From the NCBI RefSeq assembly GCF_001194135.2, contig NC_069003.1, forward strand, positions 36,031,220-36,069,859: a DNA stretch of 38,640 bases, in the 5' to 3' direction. Position 1 is the first letter of the stretch. Each line of letters begins with the position of its first letter. Below the pieces are notes generated by a model. The model did not search any database, was not told the DNA's origin, and worked only from the letters and a program-made list of their open reading frames with translations. The DNA comes from Octopus bimaculoides. Lineage: Eukaryota. This document shows, piece after piece, positions 12,081-23,996 of the stretch. Both the position numbers and the translations under genes were made by a program.

Positions 12081-13187
12081 ATATATAATATGTAGACATG
12101 TATATATATGCATATGTACATATATGTATATATATANNNNNNNNNNNNNNNNNNNNNNNNNNNNNNNNNNNNNNNNNNNNNNNNNNNNNNNNNNNNNNNN
12201 NNNNNNNNNNNNNNNNNNNNNNNNNNNNNNNNNNNNNNNNNNNNNNNNNNNNNNNNNNNNNNNNNNNNNNNNNNNNNNNNNNNNNNNNNNNNNNNNNNNN
12301 NNNNNNNNNNNNNNNNNNNNNNNNNNNNNNNNNNNNNNNNNNNNNNNNNNNNNNNNNNNNNNNNNNNNNNNNNNNNNNNNNNNNNNNNNNNNNNNNNNNN
12401 NNNNNNNNNNNNNNNNNNNNNNNNNNNNNNNNNNNNNNNNNNNNNNNNNNNNNNNNNNNNNNNNNNNNNNNNNNNNNNNNNNNNNNNTATGTATATATAT
12501 ATATATGTACACACGTATATGTGTATTTATATGCGTGTATAATATAGCTATTGTGCATATGTATGTAGGTATGTCTAGGTGTGTTCGGTCATATTGATGT
12601 ATGTGTGATCTTTCTTCTACTGAACGTGTGTGTTTGTGTGGACATGAGTGCGTGACATGTTTTCTGTTATTATTTTTTCCTCCAGAACGTGTATTTGCAC
12701 GCTGTCATGCTTATATACCTCCGTGGTGGTATATGTGAGTGTGGTTCAGTGGTTATATATATATATATATATATGGAAATGTGTGCCGCATGTGTTTTGT
12801 GTATGTATCTTTGCGTGCCTGCAGACACACACACACACACACATATACATATATATGCATATATATATGTATATGTGTGTGTGTGTGTATGTGTCATGGT
12901 GCGTGTGTACATTATTAGAGGCGTGAATGCGCCTTAGAGAGAATGCGGCGCGCAAGCAATTTTTTTATTTTTCAGTCAAGCAATTGTTGTAGGAAGAGGA
13001 GGAGGAGGAGGGTTTTTCGTTTTGAGGGAGGACAAGGAAGAGGAATGACGAAGACAGCAAAGGGTCATGGTGGGGGTGGGAGGTGCATTACAAAAATGTT
13101 AATAATAATAATAATCGTGTTTCTTACATCAGTTCTTTATATAATATGTAATAATAAAATATAATAATAGTAATAATAATAATTAAT

Positions 13188-13310
13188 TCGGTTTTGCGAT
13201 TTAGACTCGACGTTAGGAATTTTGAGGGGACGGGGTTTATAGTGGATACCTCAGTATATGACTGGTATTTGATTTTATCGATCCTGAAGGAATGAGACGA
13301 CAAAGTGTAA
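13188..13310 (-). mobile_element. SINE family B fragment, degenerate
   Basis: ACTGGTATTTGATTTTATCGATCCTGAAGGAATGAGACGACAAAGT matches the reverse complement of the family B core; (AAT)n tail on the left. Confidence 0.55.
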
Positions 13311-13327
13311 CCCACTTCATCCCCATC

Positions 13328-13358
<31 letters not shown>

Positions 13359-14272
13359 AATAGCCAGAAATTTTGTCTGATTCCCTCACAACGATTATGA
13401 CAATGATGATGAGGATGATAGTGGTATTGATAAGTTGGCTGTAATAGAGATGTTGTATGTGATGCTGCTGCTGCTGATGATGATGATGATGGTGATGATG
13501 ATTTTTTCACCTCAGTCTGCTCGAGCAGCAATGAAAACAAACGCATTTCTTCAACCATATGCTGTAACAACAGCAACAACAATCACAAGGTGATAGAGGG
13601 AGCTACTCTATGATATATATATATCATATATANNNNNNNNNNNNNNNNNNNNNNNNNNNNNNNNNNNNNNNNNNNNNNNNNNNNNNNNNNNNNNNNNNNN
13701 NNNNNNNNNNNNNNNNNNNNNNNNNNNNNNNNNNNNNNNNNNNNNNNNNNNNNNNNNNNNNNNNNNNNNNNNNNNNNNNNNNNNNNNNNNNNNNNNNNNN
13801 NNNNNNNNNNNNNNNNNNNNNNNNNNNNNNNNNNNNNNNNNNNNNNNNNNNNNNNNNNNNNNNNNNNNNNNNNNNNNNNNNNNNNNNNNNNNNNNNNNNN
13901 NNNNNNNNNNNNNNNNNNNNNNNNNNNNNNNNNNNNNNNNNNNNNNNNNNNNNNNNNNNNNNNNNNNNNNNNNNNNNNNNNNNNNNNNNNNNNNNNNNNN
14001 NNNNNNNNNNNNNNNNNTATATATATATATATATATACACATATCTATCTATCTATATATATCTATATAATCATAAACATATACATGCGCACAACTAAAC
14101 ACATTTATGTATATAGATTCTTAACCACATATACAGGTGTGTGTGCGTGCCTACATACTCATGTGTACAGCTACATACGTAAATATATATTCTATGAGTA
14201 TATATACATACATACATATATACATATATACATGATAACATGTATACATCTATACATGCATATATCTATATG

Positions 14273-14304
<32 letters not shown>

Positions 14305-14866
14305 CAAATGTGTGTATGTATGTGTGTATGTATGTATATATGTGTAGGCTTTTCTGTAGCTGCACTTATTCCTGTTTTATGCTGAAAGAGAAAAATAAGT
14401 AAAAATAAACGAGAGAAAAGAATGATGGGAACGGTTTCTAGAACTGGAGTAACAGTGGGAGGAGTAAACTAAGAGAGAGAGAGAGAGAGAGGATAACGAA
14501 GTGGTGGTGGTAGTAAGACTAGATATTCCCCCACCGCCGCTTTCACGAAGGTGGAGGAGCAGGAAAGGGGAGGGGAAGACTGAGAGAAAGAGGTGAAACA
14601 GTAGCTGTATAGAGAGAGGGGGTTATATGGGTGTGTGTGTGTGTTTTGTGAGTTATAAAGTTCACACAAGTGTGACCAGCCACGCGGTCAACAGGTCATT
14701 AGGAGGGCAACTCGGTTGTTGATGCCATTTCGGAGATGTACGAGTGTGCGGCGGGTTTTTTATGTTGCTTATTTTTGTCATCTCTCTATCCATTACTTAT
14801 TATACAAAGCGTGCACAGTGTGTATAACATGGGTATGTGTGTATACATACAAGAATATATGCACAC

Positions 14867-14910
<44 letters not shown>

Positions 14911-14996
14911 TTCTAATTTATAAATACAGCAATAAACAGATACATGCATATATATATATGATGTGTGTGTGTGTGTGTGTGTGTCTATATATATAA

Positions 14997-15098
14997 AGTG
15001 TAGTATATTGCCACTTAAGTGTGGCTGACCCCTAGGGGTGGATGTTACTGTTGCTTTTAGCCCCAGGAGGACATCTCCTCCAGCTGGCTTATCGACAC
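14997..15098 (+). repeat. ~100-bp dispersed element, copy 1
   Basis: About 90% identical by eye to the reverse complement of 32729-32831, with the same boundaries. Confidence 0.85.
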
Positions 15099-15402
15099 AC
15101 TACTGTGTCCTGTGTCCTGTGTACATCTATACATACATATATATTATATATACATATGTATACGTCAACATATATATATATACATATATATAATTCATAT
15201 CTGTCCACAAGCACAAACACGTGTATACAGGGGCACATACATAAAGACACTCGACTCTACGTATTGCGTTCTCTGTCTAACATGTTTGCATGATACAAAA
15301 TATATCTTGGTTTATATTTTAAGATAATTACATAAAAGTAGACAAACAGATATACACACACAAACATACACATGTATTCACACAAACATATTTGTAATAC
15401 AC

Positions 15403-15660
15403 GGGCATATGGCGTAGTGGTTAAGAGCACCGGCTACTAACCCCAAGATTCCGAGTTCGATTCCAGGCAGTGACCTGAATAATAATAACATCGAAAAATA
15501 CCTTAGGAATGTGAACCCAGGTTTGAAATTTCCCCAAGACACCTGATGAAGGCTGTGAGGATATATCAGCTGAAACGTTGTGTTGACAACAAACAAGATG
15601 GGGACAAATATACGTCAAATGTAAATAATGTAAATAAATAAATAATGTAGTTAATGTAAA
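15403..15660 (+). mobile_element. tRNA-derived SINE carrying a hammerhead-ribozyme fold in its 3' part
   Basis: A box TGGCGTAGTGG (15410-15420) and B box GAGTTCGATTCC (15453-15464) at tRNA-like spacing; hammerhead motif at 15538-15584; ends in AATGTAAAT/AAAT-type short repeats. Confidence 0.8.
15538..15584 (+). ncRNA. Minimal type I hammerhead ribozyme
   Basis: GACAC-CUGAUGA-A-GGCUG-(11 nt)-CAGCU-GAAAC-GUU-GUGUU. Stem I GACAC/GUGUU, intact core, 5-bp stem II (closing pair G-U), palindromic AACGUU stem III; predicted cut after 15579. Confidence 0.75.
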
Positions 15661-15666
15661 AAAATA

Positions 15667-15918
15667 CTTCTACGATGGCTTCCGGCCGACCAATACCTTG
15701 TGAATGGATCTGCTAGATGGAAACTGTGTGGAAGCCATCGTATGTGTGTGTATGTTTTTCACCCCTCCCCATTGCGTAACAACCGGTTCAGCAAAAGATA
15801 AAATAAATACCAGGCATTAAAGAAACAGAAGTACCTCTGAGGGGGTCTGTTTGAGTATAAGACCCTCCAAGGCCCCAGCATGGCCGCAGTCCAATGAATG
15901 GAACAAGTAAAATGATAA
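15667..15918 (+). mobile_element. SINE family A-related copy, 5'-truncated
   Basis: GGCCGACCAATACCTTGTGAATGGATCTGCTAGATGGAAACTG...CCCAGCATGGCCGCAGTCCAATGAATGGAACAAGTAAAATGATA. Confidence 0.7.
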
Positions 15919-16909
15919 ACAAAGAGCTAACGTTTTTGAAAATATAAAAAGAAAAGAAAAATACTCTGACAACAATGGTATTTTAGGGATGGAGTCACTG
16001 CACACCCCTAAAAACTGGGCGCAGTAGGAGAGAGGGGCTTCCACAGACAGACCCCTTCTGGACGAGAAGGTGGCGTGTTTTAGTCTTGTATTATTAAAAC
16101 TCACACAAAATATAGAAACGTTTTTTTTCTTTTAATTTATATTTTGACACANNNNNNNNNNNNNNNNNNNNNNNNNNNNNNNNNNNNNNNNNNNNNNNNN
16201 NNNNNNNNNNNNNNNNNNNNNNNNNNNNNNNNNNNNNNNNNNNNNNNNNNNNNNNNNNNNNNNNNNNNNNNNNNNNNNNNNNNNNNNNNNNNNNNNNNNN
16301 NNNNNNNNNNNNNNNNNNNNNNNNNNNNNNNNNNNNNNNNNNNNNNNNNNNNNNNNNNNNNNNNNNNNNNNNNNNNNNNNNNNNNNNNNNNNNNNNNNNN
16401 NNNNNNNNNNNNNNNNNNNNNNNNNNNNNNNNNNNNNNNNNNNNNNNNNNNNNNNNNNNNNNNNNNNNNNNNNNNNNNNNNNNNNNNACCACCACCGCCA
16501 CCACCACCACAGCCACCGCCGCCACTCCCAGCATTATGCTCAGCGTCGTCGCCATTATCGCCAACGTGAAGCAGAGTATAAGAAGCGATTAAGGAGTCAG
16601 CAATCTGTGTCATCAGCCCTACCATCCATCCATGCATCCATCCATCACACTTGGTATAAAACCGAAAGTCGTTCATTCATTCAGCCTACGAACATAATGA
16701 ACACGACCATTATTACACAGGATACACTGGTAACACGTGCGAAGAGGCATAGATATGCATAAATACGGTGTATGTTTGGGCGTATGTTTATGTGTGTATA
16801 TATATATAATCTCCATATCCATTGTTGATGTCATAAGAATTTTCCTACCCTAAGGGGTTTTAAACCCATTATATTCGTTCACGCTGTTAAACAAGAAAAT
16901 ATATATGCA

Positions 16910-18044
16910 TACAGAGGAGATTTAATAAAACAGATTTAATCTTGCAAAAGTCAAATGCATTTTATTAAAAACTTAGACACATGTTCTCGATAAATTTTCT
17001 TGAGATTTTGTTATATTTCGGAACGATCATTCTTCTTCTAGCCAAATAAACACACGCACTATACATTCGTTCTTCACTCGTTCATTATTGTTTTTATTTT
17101 AGCTTATGTCCATTGTCTGGAAACCTTTCGTTACACAGCTATGACCTCTTCAACGACTCTTTCATCCCGCGTTTAGTCCATTCTGTCTTTCTAGAATTTC
17201 TTAAGATTATTAAATTTAAATCTTGGTATGTTTGGTGTTGCTCAATCGCAAAGATTATCTGTCATCCATTCTCGGGTTACGTGGGATTTGTGAAAAGGTG
17301 TTCAAATAAGTGCGACTTTCTACAACGTACTTCGTTCATTCAGGGTTTAGCAACTGTCTCCGGCACCCCACTGTATCCAATGGCATAAATTTTGGGAAAA
17401 TGTGAGGTGGCATGACATGAAATTCGTTACTAACCACTCCTAAGAACCATCAGATTTGCTGGAAACTTAGCGTACATTGCAACCCTCTGGGAACATCAGA
17501 AGGATGATTCCTGTAAACTTTTGGTCTTGATCGAAGTTTTTCTCATCAGAGAAGAACCACAGCATGCCAATTCGAGAAGGTTCTTAAGTGGCATAGAACA
17601 AATGGTTGAAGACATGAATTGACCTCTTCTCAGTATATAAACTTGCGCACCTTAGGTTTATAGACCATGCCAACACCTGAAATTCTTTGGTGATGGCCAT
17701 CATTGATAATGCTTGGAACCCACTGGATTAGTTGCAGTGTCCTCACCGTATCTGAACGTTTAGAATGTTTGTCTTTGAGTCTTTGATGCAGCTGAAACAT
17801 TTCCTGCCAGACCTTTCCAATTCCACCTAAAATTTGTGTTCAAAAGATTTTTGCAACATTTGGAAAGTTCGCCGTTCTGCACATTACGGCAACAATGACT
17901 GCATGGGTTTGCACTCGTTGCATTAGCATTTTACTTGCTATGGGTGGGGAGGGCGTATCTGAAAGAAATATAAACTTTTTAATTGGTTTGAAGAGAGTAA
18001 TGTACTGGTAATTAAGAATCCTCAAATACTACTCTATCTCCTGC
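16910..18044 (-). mobile_element. Older, heavily degraded DD37D (maT-like) transposon fossil; ends uncertain
   Basis: Minus-strand fragments MLWFFSDEKNFDQDQK (~17521-17565), PSDVPR...FLGVVSNEFHVMPPHIFP, PFHKSHVTREWMTDNLCD and N-terminal THAVIVAV align by eye with the 24130-25156 transposase. Confidence 0.75.
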
Positions 18045-18176
18045 ATGTGTGTGTGTGTGTATTCTTTTTTCTTATTTCATTTCATTGGACTGCGGTTACG
18101 CGGGAGCTGAGTCTTGAAGGCTGTTTATGCATATACACATTCCTTTTTTTTTCTCTCCCCGTTTATTTCTGTGTTC

Positions 18177-18212
18177 CTTTCTGTGGAAGAGCGTAGGCTC
18201 GAAACGTTAAAG
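18177..18212 (+). ncRNA. Hammerhead-like fold with variant core (CUGUGGA, A6->U)
   Basis: CUUU-CUGUGGA-A-GAGC-GUAG-GCUC-GAAAC-GUU-AAAG. All three stems pair, stem III is palindromic AACGUU, and there is one core substitution. Confidence 0.55.
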
Positions 18213-18978
18213 ACTTTCTCACTTCCCGAGCGTTAAACTAATACAACTGTTGGTTTANNNNNNNNNNATACATATACATACATATACTTACACACACATA
18301 CATATGAGTATGTGTATGTGTGTGTGTCTATATACGTTATATATATAATCTGGATCTTAAATTTCTTCCAACCACTTGCGTTTTTTCAAGTTTTAAAATA
18401 ATCTATCTATCTATCTATCTATCTATCTCCACCAATGTATCTATTAGTATGTAAATAGAAATTTCTGTGTGTGTAGGTGTGTGTATGTGTGAGAGAGAGA
18501 GGTTCAATTAATTATATCGATGTATATAGGTTTGTATGTTAGAAGGGAATGCCAATGAAATGGGATAAGACAGGAGGAGGGGGAGTGGAATGTGTGGTTA
18601 CAGTAGCGGTGGTGGTGGTGGTGGTGGTGGTTGAGATTGATAGCAATGTTTCAGAGGGAGGAAGTGTATGGTGGTAGTGATGATGATGATGTTAGTGGTG
18701 GAGGTGGAGAGAAGTGGAGGCGCATATCGGGCAAGAGGTCACCTCCAGTTGACGGAGTTCAGTCAGCTGAGAAACTGTAGTAAGGGGCTGAGGAAAGTGG
18801 GAAGGGAGAGAGGAGAGTGGTGGCTGCAGTGGTGTAGGTGATGGTGATGGTGATGGTGATGATGAATAAATGCGGAAATGTGTGTGGAGGATGCGGAGGA
18901 GGAGGATGTGTGTGACATAAAGAAGAGTAGTGAAGGCATAAGAGGAGTTGGAGGTGGAGAAGCATAGATAGATAGGTT

Positions 18979-19022
<44 letters not shown>

Positions 19023-19032
19023 NNNNNNNNNN

Positions 19033-19066
<34 letters not shown>

Positions 19067-19223
19067 GAGAGAGCGAAAGGGAGAGGGAGAGATAGAGTGA
19101 GAGAGAAAAAGATTAGTTATTAAATAGATAGCGGGAGAGAGAGAGAGAGAGAAGGAGATAAGCAGATAGCTAGGGAGCTAGCTGATAGATAGGTAGATAG
19201 ATACAGAGACAGACAGATAGAGA

Positions 19224-19255
<32 letters not shown>

Positions 19256-20495
19256 CAGAGCTGGATAGATAAATAGATATGGGGGGAGTAAGAGAGACAG
19301 TATAAGTGTTGTAGGGAGACAGAACAAAAATGGGGGAGGGTACCCTTAGGTGTTGTTTCTAGATGAAAGGGTGATTTTTATGGGTGTGAATAGTGTGTGT
19401 GTGTATTTACATATTTATCTATGTATATGTATATATACATTCATTTCTATCTATCTACCTATGTATNNNNNNNNNNNNNNNNNNNNNNNNNNNNNNNNNN
19501 NNNNNNNNNNNNNNNNNNNNNNNNNNNNNNNNNNNNNNNNNNNNNNNNNNNNNNNNNNNNNNNNNNNNNNNNNATATATGTATATATATATATTTGTATA
19601 TATATGTATATATATATATGTATATATATATATGTATATGTGTATATGTGTATATATGTATATGTGTATATATATATATATAGATATATCGTACACAGAC
19701 ACATGACAAACAGACTCTCGAGTGAGTGGTGCGAGAGATTTTCTAAATAATGTAGAATCTAATATCCAAACAAAAATACCGTTTGTTAGGGATAAGCTTA
19801 AAATATTATGGAGCATAGGAATATGTAGAAAGGCCACTTCCATCCGCCCTAAGCCCTTCTTCACACACTCACACGCACGTTTGTATGTGAGTGTGTGAAG
19901 AACAGCGGTGAGTGTGTGAGTTTCTCTTACGATAACACAATGAATAAGACTCGTACTTCACAAATACACCGTAATTAGCGAGTTTTATTCATTTATTTGT
20001 TTGTTTATTTATTTTCTCCTCCCCCACCGATGTTGCTCAACAAATGTTCGTTGAGGTTAGGAATTTTCTGTGACTGTTGCTACCACGTTTAAGTCTTAGC
20101 CTGACATGCAGCGGAGAGGGAAACAGAAAGAGTTAAACTTCTCATACACCATATAAAGACTTTGTACCAAGTCTGGTGTGTGTGCGTGTCTACACATACA
20201 CACATACATGTAGAGCAGAAACATCTGTAAGCTTATGAAATCTATTACATAACCTCAGTTACTGTCCTTCAGTTAATTTCTTTCACATCCTGTACTCGAC
20301 TAACGTTTCTTTTTTCTTTTCTGAAGCAGATGCATATTGAGTTCATTCAATCATTACAACGTATCGATATGGTTTAATGAGCATTTGACAATCTTCATTC
20401 GAAATATTGACTCCTAAGGTATTTCTAAAATAATGGAATGAGGATTGTCGATTTCTCTTCTTCACCAGATGTATTTGCAAAACGTCTTGTATCCA

Positions 20496-20603
<108 letters not shown>

Positions 20604-21499
20604 TGTGTATTGGAGTGGTGTACACCCGCACACGAAGAATTCAGACAAGACAGAGAAAGGAATAGAATTTGGTGAAGTCCTTATACCTTGCTGCCGTCGC
20701 TTTTAGCCTTCATCCACCATTAGTCTGTAAGAACTGTAATCTTTCAAAAAATAGAATTTTAAAATAGAAAAATCCGAAGTCAGGACTTCGTTGGTTCTTT
20801 CAACAAGAATCGATGTTGGTTGCTAATGTTTGAAAAACGAAATTCTAATGAAAAAAAAAAAAATCATTATTTGTTCGAAACGGAACCTCCTTGATTCCAT
20901 TGGTCGCTAATCTTGAAGATATTCGCCATTCCAAAAGACAAGACGTCGTACCAAATGATGCAAAATAATGTTTGCTTCTTTATAAATTGACACTGCACAA
21001 AAATCTTTAATCAATTCCTATGAACAAGTCTGGCATGATAAATCTACCCCTATATTTAACAGAGACAAAGCAACCCGATTGTTTTGTGGCGTATTTGTTC
21101 AGAGAAGATTTTTTTAATATGCTTCAACTGAGAAGACCAGACCAGACTAATTCAGATTAGTACCGCTTTCTAGTTTATTTAACTTTTACGACGACATTTT
21201 GTAACGTTCAAATGTTTAAATTGCCGACAACAAAAGTAATGAGAATTTGCGAAAGTTATTTGTTACCTCAGATCATACAATTCGTTAAGAATAGAGGAAA
21301 CTTGCTTAGCATGTGACGTGACTGGAGGTAAAGCGGGTGGCAAACCCGGACGCTCCCTCCACGGAGGTATTCCTCACAGAACTTTCATAACAATGATTTG
21401 GACGAAATGAGGATTGCACAAAGTTGGTATTATTAAAGAAACGAAAAGATTGGCTGCATTTTGGGAGGGAGAATTGCTTGTTGGGTTGTAATGAGGAAG

Positions 21500-21800
21500 T
21501 CACCAGGGAGTAGGACCAAAATGGTGGCTTCCTCTTTGCATTTAAAGGCTCCAGTTCAGATTCTATCGCAGGAAAGAATTGCAGGACTGATTCTTGAAGC
21601 TGATCCAACTGGCAGGAGACCTAAATGTAGACCAAGAACGAAACGGTTACATAATATCTATAGGCCTCACTTGATTGTACGCGGGAATGCCAGTTGCTTC
21701 TGACAGGACCCTATGGAAGATGTAAGTGAGGAACCTGCTCCCACGACCCTGTCGGGAATAATGGGTACAGAATGTAGACGGATGGATTATTGGGTCAATC
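21500..21800 (+). mobile_element. 3' end of an RTE-clade LINE (degraded ORF2 C-terminus)
   Basis: Translates to QERIAGLILEADPTGRRPKCRPRTKRLHNI and VASDRTLWKM*VRNLLPRPCRE, matching the RTE/Expander C-terminal pattern (P-TG-RP-GRP-TRW ... DR--W---LL--RP); short GATG/TCAG repeat tail follows. Confidence 0.7.
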
Positions 21801-22514
21801 AGTCAGTCAGTCAGTCGGGGAACTAACTGCTTCGACAACAAGTGTGAGAAGATAGGTTTCAGAAAAGCAGAAAGGACACAGGAGAAAATTAATTAAGTAA
21901 AATACAAGCTGTGAACGATAATGTGAAAACACGTAGAGATGTTGCACAACTTCAATACGCGCATGCGTGGAATCACAAGTATATAGATATGTGTGTACAT
22001 ACAAATATATAGATATGTGTACATAATACTATAGACGTGTGTGTGTGTATATAGACGAGTTAAAACATAAGAGATCTATGTAGATCTCGTGTGTGTACAC
22101 GACGTGATTGTCATACTTGCACGCATGCGTATGTTGGCACACATTAACAAGCACACACACACACGCACACACACACACACACACACATTTCGTTTAGCCA
22201 TTACGAGATGAATAACCTGGTGTAGAACTCAATATCGTTCAGTTTGGAGAAAGACATGTTCGTCGAGTAGAGATGGGGGGGGGGGAAGGAAATGAAATGA
22301 TAAAGGAATGAAACAAGTTTATCTTCTGACTTCAGTGAGCTTACAGCTGTTTCTGCAATCGGTTGAGTGCCTGAGTAGCACTTTATCGCTATAAGTTGTT
22401 ACTCCGGCATTCAACTACGAGCCTACTGCATCTTCTAGAAGAAACAACTGTGAGCCAATGAAGTTCATATGGTGAGCGTTTATTATTTTGTCGTCTTCTT
22501 TTCTTACACATACA

Positions 22515-22548
<34 letters not shown>

Positions 22549-22804
22549 TATTCATACATACATGCATGCACAGCATATATGCATACATGGATACACACAC
22601 ACATACATACATAACGTACATACATGCATACATACCTAACACGTATACATACATACATGCATATATACATAACATACATCACATACATACATACATACAT
22701 ACATACATACATACATACATACGTACGTACGAACACACATGAATCTAGTCACGTACGCAAACCCAAAATTAGACAACAAACAAGAAGAAAGTCATAAACA
22801 AAAA

Positions 22805-22855
<51 letters not shown>

Positions 22856-22870
22856 CGGAGAGATAGCTGA

Positions 22871-22940
<70 letters not shown>

Positions 22941-23174
22941 TTAATGAAAGATCAGTGAAGCAAAAAGCGAACATATGACTTAAGAGCACACACAGACACA
23001 CACACAGACACAGACACACAGACACACACACAGACACAGACACACAGACACACACATGTACACGCGCAGACAGAATGGACAAGGAGAGAAAGAAGAGGGG
23101 ACGGAGGTGAAGGACAGAGAATCAGATACAAGAAGATTTCGCCTACGTGCAACGTTGTGTGTGCGCGCGCGTGC

Positions 23175-23226
<52 letters not shown>

Positions 23227-23402
23227 GTGTGTGTGTGTGTATGTATGTGTGTGTGTGTGTGTGTGTGTGTCGTAATAATAACAGTAATCCTTCGGTGGAG
23301 TTTATAAACATTTAATGCCTCGCTACGCGTGTTTCCACATATCACATGTCTCTCCTGAAGATCACAGTTGGTACGTATGCATCTATGAATGTATGCACAC
23401 AC

Positions 23403-23808
23403 GTGCTAAGAAGCTTGCTTCCCAACCACATGGTTCCGGGTTCAATCCCACTACGTGGCATCTTGGGCAAGTGTCTTCTACAATAGCTTTGAGCCGACCA
23501 AAGCCTTGTGAGTGGATTTGGTAGACGGAAACTGAAAGAAACCCGTCGTATGCACACATACATACATACATACATACATACATACATACATACAAGCACA
23601 CATATATAATTTTGCGTGTGAGTTTGTCCCACCAACATCGCTTGACAACTGATGTTGGTGTGTTTACGTATCCAAAACTTAGCAGTTCGGCAAAAGTGAT
23701 CGATTGAGTAAGTACTAGGCTTACAGAGAATACGTCCTGGGGTCGATTTATTCGGCTAAAGGGCTCCAGCACGGCCGCAGTCAAATGATTGAAACAAGTA
23801 AAAGAATA
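23403..23808 (+). mobile_element. SINE family A (head, internal microsatellite, tail), nearly complete
   Basis: Head AAGCTTGCTTCCCAACCACATGGTTCCGGGTTCAATCCC...GACGGAAACTGAAAGAAACCCGTCG, internal (TACA)n, tail ...CAGCACGGCCGCAGTCAAATGATTGAAACAAGTAAAAGAATA; homologous to other copies in the window. Confidence 0.88.
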
Positions 23809-23894
23809 TCTATAGACACACACATGCACACACACACACGCACACATATACACACACGCACACATATACACACACACATATATGTATATATGCT

Positions 23895-23951
<57 letters not shown>

Positions 23952-23996
23952 CTGTCTGTCTGTCTATCTGTATGTATGTATGTATGTATGTATGTA

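Noticed and set aside
13124-13582. 152-aa ORF with Ser/Ala/His runs
   Set aside because: Built from (GAT)n, (GCT)n and (CA)n repeats; no evidence of coding.
16610-16616. CUGAUGA on the minus strand (also + strand at ~26572)
   Set aside because: No downstream stem II plus GAAA; chance heptamer.
17543-17549. CUGAUGA on the minus strand
   Set aside because: It is the Ser-Asp-Glu codons of the transposase FSDEK motif; no stem II or GAAA geometry.
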